A stretch of DNA of 64,000 nucleotides from Octopus sinensis (lineage: Eukaryota): contig NC_043002.1 of assembly GCF_006345805.1 (NCBI RefSeq), positions 82,026,001-82,090,000 of the forward strand. Direction: 5' to 3'. The position numbers and the translations under genes are program-made. Shown here one piece after another: positions 52,598 to 64,000 of the stretch; the stretch's first letter is position 1, and each line of letters opens with the position of its first letter. The notes under the pieces are model-generated. The model did no database searches and was not told where the DNA came from. It saw only the letters and a list, made by a program, of their open reading frames with translations.

Positions 52598-53169
52598 ATT
52601 CGCGTATAGTTTCGTTCCTCTCTCCTTTTTTTTTTTTAATGTAACTGCTATCCGTAGACTTGTCAGCGATATGTTATTATCAACACCAAAGATTCTAGTA
52701 TTAAAAATAAGTACTCTGACAAGTGTTTGTTTTGACACCCGCAAAGCCATCGCCCACTCCACCATCCCGGCTTTCCCCATCTTCCCTTTATACACACAGA
52801 AAGGAAAGGTTGGTCGGTCGGTCGGTCGGTCGGTACATCTAAGTTTACGTTATTTTTATTTTGTTCTCTTCCATCACCGCTACCTACCACCCTCCTATTT
52901 CGTAGTATCGTCAGTCACTTTTATTTCTGATATCTGTTCCAATAAATAGTGTATGTATTTCATTAGGGGAAGAGAGAGAAAAAAAAAAAGCGTTCTACTT
53001 TACTGTGAGTGAATGAATGGATATATTTTGAACTGCTTGCTATATGTGTGCGTGCGATTTTAGACCGATTTTAGACGTTTTGAGCTTGTGAGGACGAGCA
53101 CTAATAGATATAAGCTGGTGTTGATGGTGGTGTTCTTTCTTCCCCATTTATTGAATGTATTTGCAAGTC

Positions 53170-53410
53170 TTATCATCCGCCGACTTTGTTTTCAACTGTC
53201 ACCATTTGACCGAGAATGAATGCCTTTATGGTGTGACGCGACCGCCAGAAATAGCAGCCAAATCTGCCTCAGGTCTCAACGTTGCGATGTTTAAGACCAT
53301 GTCGGGTAACAGTTCCAGATACGCTAGTAAAATAGCCAGGATGGTGTGGCCGTGGATGCAAATATCTTTGATCATAGAACTGCTCGATTAGGGCTAGCTG
53401 GCCTTGAACT
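53170..53410. repeat. Interspersed repeat family E (gaaatagcagccaaatct motif)
   Basis: The same motif or its complement recurs at ~23790, ~24060, ~53615, ~55300, ~58300 and ~61365. Confidence 0.55.
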
Positions 53411-54067
53411 GTATTATTTAACAAGTTATCAACACATAACAATTGAATTAGCTTATTTCCTTGTTGAGTCGAAATTGTTCAAATCACTTTTAAATTATTC
53501 ATGACGTTCCAATTGTAACCCTTTAAAAAAAAAAAAAACTATATCTAAGAATACTTTATCCAATATATATACTTGTCTAGTTTCTTTTTTCGAATGTGTG
53601 ATTTACGGTAATTTAGCTGCTATTTCTTTCATGTCAAACTACTGCATAAGGGCCCCTTCATTGACCCAAATCATCAGGCAACTTCAGCTGGCGTACTTTC
53701 TTAGAACGTTTAAAGCTTAATTAAGATAGGGGTTTGAAGTAGAAGTAATAAAAGGTCACTTAAGTGTTGTTCCCTCCTCTCTTGGGCCCTCAATTCCTGA
53801 TGGGGATGTAGAGGCGCCGTTGTATCTGGTAGAACCCAATCGATTTTTCCAGAGAGATGAATCGCAAACGAAGAAAAAAGAGAGTGAGAGAGAGAAGGAA
53901 AAGAATAACCGATCACAGTACTGCACTAGTATTTTATTGATATTGAAAAGATGAAAGGCAAAGTTGATCTGGTAGGATCTGAACATGGAAAGTATATAAT
54001 GGAATGAATACAGCAAAGAATTATCTGGTGTGGTAACAACACTGCCAGGGTAAAGAAGATGTGAAGA

Positions 54068-54380
54068 TGCATGGTTTAGTAGTTAGAGTATTGGGCTCAC
54101 AATCATGAGGTAGTGAGTTCGATTCCTGGACAGGGCTGTGTGTTGTGTTCTTGAGCAAGACACTTTATTTTTACGTTGCTCCAGTTCACTCATCTGTAGA
54201 AATGAGTTGTGACGCCACTGGTGCCAAGCTTTATTGGCTTTTGCCTTTCCCTTAGATAACATTGGTGGCGTGGAGAGGAGAGGCTGGGATGTATGGGCGA
54301 CTACTGGTCTTCCATAAACAACCATGCCCAGACTTGTGCCTCAGAGGGGAACTTTCTAGGTGCAATCCCATGGTCATTCA
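54068..54380 (+). mobile_element. tRNA-derived SINE family D
   Basis: A box tggtttagtagttag, B box gagttcgattcc, gtgttcttgagcaagacactt core. A related head with a different tail lies at ~47105-47330. Confidence 0.8.
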
Positions 54381-54492
54381 TTTACCCATTTACTTTAACA
54401 AGTCTGCCAAATCAACTTCTAGCTTATTGCTTTGTATTGAGCAAGAAAATACTGCTTGACTAGAATATCCAAATTGCTCACTAACTATGCAT

Positions 54493-54828
54493 AGGCATGG
54501 CTGTGTAGTTAAGAAGTTCACTTTACAATCATATTAGGTTCAGGTTTCAGTCTCACTGTGTGGCATCTTGGCTAAGTGTCTTCCACTATAGCCCTAAGCC
54601 AACTTTGAAAGTGAATTTAGCAAATGGAAACGTGTGTCTTTGTGATTGTCCTACCCACCTACTAGTATTGATTTGTTTACATTCTTGCAACTTAGCGGTG
54701 TGGCAAAGAGAGACCAATAGATTAAATACCAAACTTTAAAAAAAAAAATCCTGGGAGTTGATTTCTTCAACTAAAACCCTTCAAAGCACTGCGCCTCAGC
54801 ATAGCCACAGTCTAATGGCTGGAACAAG
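54493..54828 (+). mobile_element. SINE family A, old copy
   Basis: ggcatggctgtgtagttaag head, degenerate core and tail. Confidence 0.75.
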
Positions 54829-56050
54829 TTTGGAACCAAGTTACGATGAAAGATAAACAGTTTTAGCATTCAGATTACTCTGTCATATGTAATGCTTTTT
54901 TATTCAAATTGTTTTGAATTAATCTTTAAAGGTTTAATCGTTAAACAGTTGTAGGTTCTCATTCTCTTAATGTTTTTTTTTTTTTTTTTGTGGATCCCAG
55001 GATAAGCCTTGATTATCAAAAGTGTTCCCACTCCCCATCTAGACATAGTATGAGACTGTTGTATTATCCGATATGCTTTCCCGTGTTAGGGTTTCTCCTT
55101 CATTCAAATTACAGTGTTTGTTGCTTTTGTTTCACCTCAGATCAGCTCTAGTAATGCCAACTTATATAAATCAAAGGTCATTCCAGCTATGACCATCTCT
55201 TCTTCATGTGAACCCTCCCCCACTTCCAACATAATTTATGTAAGACTTCACTCTCCCACACCACCGAAAATGCTCTAGTTTTTGTAAGCCAAAGGAGATT
55301 TAAGCTACTATTTCTAACAGATGGGTCGCACACACATAGTGACTCCCACGTTATATATATCAGGTTACCTTAATGTTAGTTGCTATGGTGGTTGGTTTAA
55401 TCAGCATGTTTGCAGCAAATGGCCCACTTGTATCATATATAATGAATTAGACATTAAAACTAATTTAAATAGTGCCGCCTTCTCTGTGAGAAACTACGCA
55501 AAATTCAGTCTCTGGAGGGAAAACAAGCAAAAACGAAAAAAAAAAGGAAGGGGAAGAAAATGGCTTATTTTCCTATTTATATATCATTTTATTTTGTGGA
55601 ACAGATTTCAAACTTCTCATACACATTTTTTTCCCCTTAACTTCTCCCCACCACCTCCCCCATCTTGATCATTTGATCTCTTTGTAGAAGTGCTAAGAAT
55701 AAAGAAATAAATTAGAAATAAACTTGACCTAGTTCTTTTTAGGTTTCTTTTCTCTCTTTTTTTTTTTTTTTTACTTTTAAACCGAAACTTGCCCTCCAGA
55801 ACATTTCGTTATTTTTTTTTTTATTTTTTTTTTTTTTAATTCCATTCCGTACATCTTGTAGGAACCTCTTTAAAAAGTTTTAAAAAATTAAAATGTGTGT
55901 CAGGAACACTATTATTGACCTTCAGCTACAAGAAATTCCCTTGTTGTCGGCTTGCATAGATATATGTATATGTGAGAGTATACGAGTGTTCCTTCCTTCC
56001 TTCTTTCTTTCTTTTATTGGTTAATTCTGTTTTAATTAGTTATATATGTA

Positions 56051-56081
<31 letters not shown>

Positions 56082-56600
56082 TTCTTTTTTTTTCCGTGAT
56101 GTTTAATATTCCACTTAGTTTTCCTATAATTCCTCCTTAACATACAACTCCAAACTTCATTATTGATTGTTACCAGAAGAACTCCTTGCACTTCCTTTGG
56201 ATAGGGAAAGAGTTTAGCTCGCCCCCCTCTCTTCCCACCACTGTTACTTACTTCCTGCAACCAGTTTCTTTTCAATTTTTGACACAGTTTTAGTACTTTT
56301 ATATCAATCATCCAGGTTACTCTCTCTCTCTCCCTCTTCCTCCTGTCTTGCCTCTCTCTCTCTCTCTCTCAAATACTACTTCACCCACCCTCCTCTCATA
56401 GCAGCAGTAGCAGACACAGGGGGTCTGGTTTCTCTGTAATGAATCTCTTTCAGTGAGAATTTTCTCCTGAAATGCTATCTATAATTTTCATTGTTGTAGA
56501 ATGTCAATATTGCAATTTCCAGGGATGAAACTGCATTAAAAATATAAAATAAAAATGAGTGACATCAGCAATTTATTTCAAGCTGCACTACACACACACA

Positions 56601-56632
<32 letters not shown>

Positions 56633-57986
56633 TACACACACACACTCACTCACACACACACACACACACACATACACACACACACTCACTCACACATGCA
56701 CACACATACATGTATAAATGTATATTATGTATAAAGTGGGTTTTTTTTTATATTATTTACTGTAATATTTTTTTAATATTTACAAATCAATAAGGAACCA
56801 AGTATTGAACAAAACATTACAAAATTATGAGTTATCCTAAATCTCTCTTCTCCAACATCCTACAAATAAAAGGGCAATTTTTTTCCCCTCCCACCTCATT
56901 TTAAAACTCTACATGCCGGATAGTAGTAGCAGCAGCAGTGGCGATGGTGGTGGTGGTGGTGGTGGTGTGGTGGTGGTAGGTAGGTAATTTCATAATAGTA
57001 TTAAGAAAAAAGCAAAAAAAAAGGAAAACAAACTAGAATCCACCGAAAGGAGAAGAGATGGTATGGGTGGAAGCAATGAAGTTGGTGTTTTGTTAGCTAT
57101 CCTGGCTAATAAAACTAACAAGGTTTTACATTTCAATGGAAATGTAATTCTTGCTTATGAGAAAGAAACCAGCTAGTCCATTGGGGGAGTTATTGAACCT
57201 TACTGATAGAGATATCACTTATCTTTCCCTTCTATGTACCCCTCTTCCTCCCCCCCCCTTTCATTTCCTCTCCAGCCACATTTTCACACAACTCTGTCTT
57301 TCTGTTTTATATACATATATATATATATATACATATCTACATGTGTATAAACTTATTTATGCACATGTGGGTATGTATGTATATCTGGGCATGTGCATGC
57401 ATATATGCACACTCTCATGCATAAAAATGCATACACATTGATGATATATAAATGTATGTGGATATACATGATATATAAATGTATGCAGACATACATGTGT
57501 GTGTGTGTCTCTCCATATCTCTCTCTCTCTCTCTCTCTCACACACAGAGTTCAGACTAAAACTATACAAGTATGACAATACTTACGTCTATTCTCTTGTG
57601 TGTTTGTGTTTGTGTAGAATATGTGTTTGTACACAAATACAATGATGTTATAGGTTAAGAGGGGAAAAAAACAAACCTCCTCCTCCTTTGTCTCTCTCTA
57701 TCGCTCTCTCTCTCTTTCCTACCCATCCACCCCATTATTTTTATTTGTTTATTTTCCATGAAATCATATCTACAAGTATTGGTAATCAAGTGTTTTTTTT
57801 TTTGTTTTGTTTTGTTTTTTTTGGTCATGGCCTTTAGAATATATTTTTTTTCTCTTTTCTCCTTCACACATAAAAATACTCCTTACATATGCGTACCAAA
57901 TCCATCGGCCTGTGCTATCTTTCCACTAGACCGGTGTTAACACAGTTCATATTCACCACCTTGTGTCTCTCTCTCTCTATTTCTCT

Positions 57987-58032
<46 letters not shown>

Positions 58033-58603
58033 AATGTGGACAAAAAGCAAGAGAAAGGCTGGCTGGTTTGCTTGTCTTGGTGAGATGTGGAGCACTGCTT
58101 ATAGAATTAGCTCATTGATACTCTTCTCCATCCTCATCTTCTTCATCAGCATCATTAACATAATTTCTTCTATTATCATTGTATATTTGCATATGTTGCA
58201 ATTTCTGAATATTTCACCTTCTTTCCATTCAAATGTGCTGTTAGCCAATGTGAGAAGATTTCCCCTACGCTAACACTAACACATGTCCTGCTTGACATAG
58301 CAGCTAAGTTTCTTTCAAATCCCTCAAATCTTCAAAAAGAGGAGAATACATGCATGAGAAAGACAGAATGGTTACAGCTGGACGGTGTTTGATCAAAGAC
58401 GTACTCAAATCATTTCTAGCAACTAATTCTTATATCACAAATATCATACTTTAAAACAGTCAATTATCTTGAAGGCAGAGTCAGTACATCATAAAATGTC
58501 TTGCAGTATACAGCTCTCTGTGATCTGGGTTCAAATCCAGCAGAGGGCAACTGCACCTCTCATCACTTTGGAGTTGATATTTATCGGCAGGGTGGAGACT
58601 TGT

Positions 58604-58995
58604 GAGTGTGGCTCCGTGGTTAGAGGTTTGCATCCCAACTACATGGTTGTATTTTCAGTCCCACTCTGTAGCACCTTGAGCAAGTGTCTTTTTCTATAGC
58701 CTGGGGCTGGACCTGCACCAAAGCCTTGTGAGTGGCTTTGATAAACAGAAGCTGAAAGAAGCTTATTGTGTGTGTGTGTGCATGCGTGCCTTTGTGTTTC
58801 TCCCCCAACACTACTTGATTAGTGTTGGTATGTTTACATCTCCATAACTTAGCAGTTCAGCAAAAGAGACCAACAGAATAAGTGCCAGGCTTAACGAACA
58901 AAACATTACATACTGGGGTCAATTAATTTGACTAAAATTCTGCAAGGTGGTGCTCCAGCATGGCCACAGTCTAATGTCTAAAATAAGTAAAAGAT
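58604..58995 (+). mobile_element. SINE family A, old copy
   Basis: Degenerate head, cttgagcaagtgtctt core, ctccagcatggccacagtc tail. Confidence 0.75.
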
Positions 58996-60852
58996 AATCC
59001 AGACTAGTAGGTTGATGGAATGGTTGAAGTCTCTGTTGTGTCGACACCCCGAGATGATGAAGTAGGCTAGCCTAATATGTAGATATAAAGGGAGAAGTCT
59101 AGACGTCGAGGAGTTGAGTAGAGGTCATCAGAACGTGCGATATAACAGTGGTGATGAGGATTTCGTAGCACACACAGCCACTGTGTAGTATTGTGATATA
59201 ACAGTTTCAAATGCAATGCCTTAGAGTATCTCTTCTGGCCCTTTGTATTCCAACATGTTGTATCAGGCCTAAGACAGTAGTCTTTTCCTTGGATAACATT
59301 AGTGGTTCGAAGAAAGGAAAGCTGCTTGCATGAGCAAGTGCCAGTTAAAAAAAAAATGATGATGAATTGCCCAGCTCTGTGCAGTGCATACAAGTGCAGA
59401 CAGATGTTCAACCATGACTGATGTGGCCAATCATTTTTATGGTATTATAAGTTAAAGCCATGTAAAGGATATTGCAGGTGCATATTAAATTTGAAATATA
59501 ATGCATTGATCATCTTCCGTGACCCAAAATTAGTGATCATTCTGGCTATGTACTTAGGGTTTTTGTCTACTGTATTAGTTTCATTATTTTATTGGTATTT
59601 TTCAATGTACTTCTGAAGACATCATCATCTTCTTCATCTCCACTTTTTCCCAGTTTGGTTATGAGTTGGAGAAAGGCTCAATGGAGTAGTAGTCTACTGC
59701 TGGATGCTCTTCTGTCCCCCAATCTTTGTTTTTCAAGGAAGGAAATCTTTAATACTTTAGTTTTCATGTGCCAAGCTTGTCAAGCTACAAGACATTTTGT
59801 TTACAGGATATGTGAGTTAAACATCACTGTTAATATGAAAACGTGCAGGAGCCTATGTGCGTTTTCACACAAACACACACACCGTGACAGACCTCCATAC
59901 AGTTTGTGCCTAGGAAGTGTCACTCATATGGCTGAAATAGTCTCAAGAGGTATAATAGAAGATACTTGCTCCAGGAGCCATGCGGAGGGATGAAATCCAA
60001 AACTATGTGGTTATGAAATAAGCTTCTTAACCATACACCCATGCCAGCATTTGATGAAAGACAAAACATTCTTAACTCAACGCCCCTGACCTTGCTTACT
60101 CTGGCAGTAGAACTGGTTATCACAGAGAGAAGGCATGACCTACCAGTACGGCAACACGGCTGGAATGAATCTGTTTACCATAACTATTACATAATGATGA
60201 TGAAGTAATGATGGGGGTCACCCCCTCCCGCAAACTAGGCAAAAGGACTGGAATGCTGTTGGTCTCAGCATGATTCAACCTCAGAATACATTAGGCTTTG
60301 AACTGTTGTTAGCATTTACCACCTAGTGCATTATTCCACCATTTGTACCCAAATTCTTAGCAATAATAATACTGCTGCTACTACTACTACTACTACTAAT
60401 AATAATAATAATAATAATAATTTCTAATTTAATAATAATAAAGATGATGACAACAGTAGCGTTCATAATCGCCAACATTTGGTATGTTAGCAGCATTAAG
60501 ATAGATGGTCTGCTCCAAGTTCAATTCATTATTGGTTATGGATATCTCTAATAAGTGTGCACTGATTTTTCATAAATCAACTTGAAAGTCACAAATTAGA
60601 TTTACTTTGATGGTGTTATGAAGTGTCAAGGAAATACAATTTATTAACTCTTTTGTTACGGAGCTGCTGGCTTCTAGCTTGCCTCACCACTTTATTAAAC
60701 TGTCTATATCACATCCAGTGAGTATGGTGGCGTTCTTATGAACCCAACTATGACCAGTCACAACCAGATGGACCTAGTTCTTTAAACTGCATGCTACCAA
60801 TGAAAATTAGCAAATTTGTTAGCATATGTGATGTTATTATTATTATTATTAT

Positions 60853-61300
60853 GAAGGTGGTGAGCTGGCAGAAATATTAGCATGCTAGGTGCAAAGGCTT
60901 AGTGGTATTTCGTCTCTCGATTCTGAGTTCAAATTTCGCTGGGGTTGATTTTGCCTTTCATCCTTTCAGGGTTGATAAAATAAATACCAGTTGAGTACAG
61001 GGATTGATGTAATCGACTATCCCCCTCCCCATAATTTCAGGCCTTGTGCATATAGTAGAAATTATTATCATTATTATTATTAATATGACAGTAGCTGGCA
61101 GAATTGGCAGCATTCTGGACAAAATGGTTAAGTGATGTTTCATCTGCTTTACATACTTAACTCAAATTCCATCAAGGTTGACTTAGCCTTTCATCTTTTC
61201 GGTGGTCTATAAAGTAAGTACCAGTCAAGTACTAGAATTGATGTAATTGATTAACCCCCATCCCCTGAAATTGCTGGCGTTGTGCCAAAATTTGAAACCA
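60853..61300 (+). mobile_element. Two tandem SINE family B copies separated by (ATT)n
   Basis: Two heads (gagctggcagaa, agctggcagaattggc) and two central domains, each ending in (ATT)n. Confidence 0.8.
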
Positions 61301-62199
61301 TTATTATTATTATTATTATTATTATTTATTATTTATTATTATTATTGTTATTATTAGGGGAGATTTGGCTATTATTTCTAGCAGGCAAACAATTTTCATT
61401 GGGGTTAAAGAATGCAACTGAGAAATGTTTTAACATTATTTTAACTTTTTTTTTTTTTTAATATTAAATGTTGATCTGAACTAATTTAATTTTTTTTCTT
61501 TTATCCTCTTTTGTTGATGTTTCTAATTAAAAATGGAAATGAAAAACACAAATTATGTCGGTTGCCTATTTTAAAGCTACATTGCTTTAAATTTTCTCTT
61601 ATTTCACCTATTTCTTGAAGAAACAAAAAAATTTCATTTATTTGTTTATTTTTGACAAAATGAACTGGAAGGAAAATGAATAAATTACACTAAATTCCAA
61701 ATGTACTCTAGAAATTCATGGCTCTGAAAAAAAAACAAAAAAACATCTAACCAAAAAGAAAAAAGGAAAACCTTAATTTTTTTTCTGTCTGGTGATGGTG
61801 GCAGTTGGCGACAGCGGCGGTGACCCCCCACCCCCTTCCAAATTCGAAAAATAATTTTTTTTTATCGATTAAGTCTGAGTGGGAGGAAAAATCAGGGTGC
61901 GGTGTGGGGTCACTTCCTAGCCTTTTATGCTAAAATTTATTTTACTGCTCTTCTGGTACATTTCCACATTATAAGCATTGTTAGCAGACAACTCACTTTT
62001 AGCGAGTAGAGCTGTATAACTATTATGTTTTTTTTTTAATTTACCCCTTTCCACCTTTTTCTTTTGTTAACTCTGCATGTTAAACAATCATGATAGTGTT
62101 TTATTTATTTTCTTGTATTTCGATAGTTATTTAATTATCTACCCATTTCCTACTCTACCCCCACTTTCTCAGTTAAGTTCCTTGTCTTGTAAGTTGCTT

Positions 62200-62775
62200 G
62201 GTACCTTCACTAGTGCCAGTAACATGTAAAAAGAAAACGTACCCAGTACACTAGTCTGTAAGGTGGCTGGTATTAAGAAAGGTTGACTTTGCCTTTCATC
62301 CTTTCGGGGTCGATAAATTAAGTACCAGTTATGCACTGGGGTCGATATAATCGACTTAACCCGTTTGTCTGTCCTTGTTTGTCCCTTCTGTGTCTAGCCC
62401 CTTGTGGGTAGTAAAGAAATAGGTATTAAGAAAGGGCACCCATGCAAAAGCAGACACACTGGAGCTTAGTGCAGTGTTTCTGCTTGCCAACTCCTGTCAA
62501 ACTATCCAACCCATGCCAGCATGGAAACCATCATCGTTATCATCATCGTCATTTAACATCCATTTTCCATGCTGGCATGGGTTGGCCAGGTTGACTGAAA
62601 ACTGGTAAGCTGGGGGCCTGCACCAGGTTTCAGTCTGATTTAGCATGATTTCTACAGCTGGATGCCCTTCGTAATAATGCCAACCACTCTGAGAGTCTAG
62701 TGGATGCTTTTTATGTGCTACCTGTATCGGTGCCAATTACGAAACACCGGCATCAGCCATGGCTATGATCTCACT
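62200..62775. mobile_element. Two family C copies joined tail-to-tail (+ then -)
   Basis: ccaacccatgccagcatggaaa (62506-27) is mirrored by tttccatgctggcatgggttgg (62564-85). Confidence 0.75.
62283..62421 (+). mobile_element. 5'-truncated SINE family B inserted into a family C element
   Basis: 14-bp TSD ggtattaagaaagg at 62269-82 and 62422-35. Confidence 0.85.
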
Positions 62776-63043
62776 TGGGGTGTTAAATGAAGGTGGTGAT
62801 AATGATGATGACGATGATGATTTGCATGACACATGTCCACCTTTTTTTTTTTTTGGCATGAAACATTGGCCCTCTCTAGAATGTTGCTACAAAATTGAAA
62901 AAAATCACCTCTGCTAACATCTAGCAATCACATTGTTCCTTTTTTTCCTTGTACACACTTAACATTTAAAAACAAACGGATGGCATCATTATTTGAACAA
63001 CAAAAAGTGAAAGATAAATATATTTAACTTTCTTCCTTCCTCT

Positions 63044-63085
<42 letters not shown>

Positions 63086-63665
63086 TCTCTCTCTGTTCTC
63101 AAAAAACTAATTACCATCTTACCTCAGGTCAGTAATTCAATGACTTAAAGTCATTATATTTATCTCCTTTTTATTTAATATTTTTATTTAAAAAAAGAAA
63201 CTTTTTTGTTGTTTTTCTTCTTCTTGCCATTGTCTTTCTTCCTCTTCTTTGTTCTTTGCTAAGGTGAAGTTTAAGGTGAGAGAAAGAGAATTTCACTGGC
63301 ATTCCACTGCACCTGTCCACATCCTTCAAATTCAGGTGTCTATGGAAATTGTTCTAGCACTCATTGTTAAATCACCTCCAAGCCACTTACCTCACCACCG
63401 CCACCAATATTGGACTATTTAGTTTTTTTTTAGACATTTAGATGATAAGAATGGCTGAGAGGTTCTTTTTTTTCTTCTTGTTTTACCCCCCCCCCTTTTT
63501 TTAGTAGGGGTCGGGCTAAACCTTTTAGTAATTTTTTTTTTAACCAATTATTTTAACCTTATTGTTCTTAATGCTACTTTAAGAGTTCTAATTACTGTCA
63601 GTCAAGATAGTCTTAAGCTACTTACTCTGACGAGGTGTCTTATTTATCTGTTGATATGCTCAGCA

Positions 63666-63704
<39 letters not shown>

Positions 63705-64000
63705 CATGCATGTGTGTGTTTGTACATAGTTTGATGTGTATTTTGCATCTTATAGCAGTTCACTGACTATAGGCTCCATCCTCTCATTAGCATAATGGCC
63801 TGGTCAGAATTAGTCTAATTTGGTGAAATTACTGCTCCTTATGTTGGTGGTCCCTCCTGCTTACTGACCTGTTAACTTTTCTTTTAGTTAATAATTACTA
63901 GGATAATATGCTGGGTTGGGGTTTGTGAATCAATTTGTCTCTCTTGTTTTCTCTTTCTTTCTCTAGCTCTCCTACTACCCTCTCTCTTTCTTCCCTTCTC

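Noticed and set aside
2000-58400. Scattered CTTTGAT/ATCAAAG TCF motifs as an autoregulatory array
   Set aside because: A 7-mer of this composition is expected many times by chance in 64 kb of AT-rich DNA, and no clear enrichment is visible.
59067-59411. 114-aa minus-strand ORF faintly resembling a Gypsy integrase C-terminus
   Set aside because: Similarity is too weak to call by eye and no LTRs are seen. It would need tBLASTx against Repbase.
61-62736. The ORFs in the six-frame track, other than those overlapping the exon (39794..39976) and transposon remnants
   Set aside because: They are short and arise from microsatellites (poly-YI, CV, H, L) or SINE sequence. I found no recognisable domains or splice-site support.

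Overview
AT-rich, microsatellite- and SINE-dense eukaryotic DNA. The repeat families look like those of an octopus (coleoid cephalopod) genome, which is an inference from recalled repeat consensus sequences. The window appears almost entirely intronic. I can support only one coding exon, 107 nt at 39831-39937 (+). Its peptide (DKVVSQHPADRGIGPIPGYVVSPYPYPNGASVPASL) and phase-1/phase-0 boundaries resemble exon 3 of TCF7L2, so the host is probably the TCF/LEF (pangolin) gene. The rest contains about five recurrent SINE-like families, a full-length decayed mariner, an internally deleted DD37D/maT-like element, Tigger-like and hAT-like MITEs, a LINE 3' fragment and many simple repeats. Nearly all ORFs in the supplied track are repeat-derived noise. 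Four things stand out: (i) sense-strand minimal type I hammerhead-ribozyme motifs with palindromic tetraloops; (ii) a ~6 kb CpG-retaining domain downstream of the exon, a candidate internal promoter for an N-truncated TCF or an enhancer; (iii) long fold-backs and inverted SINE pairs that are candidate ADAR substrates; (iv) a recurring GGTATT junction at the 3' end of one SINE family. Repeat boundaries were read by eye and are approximate unless TSD or TIR positions are given.
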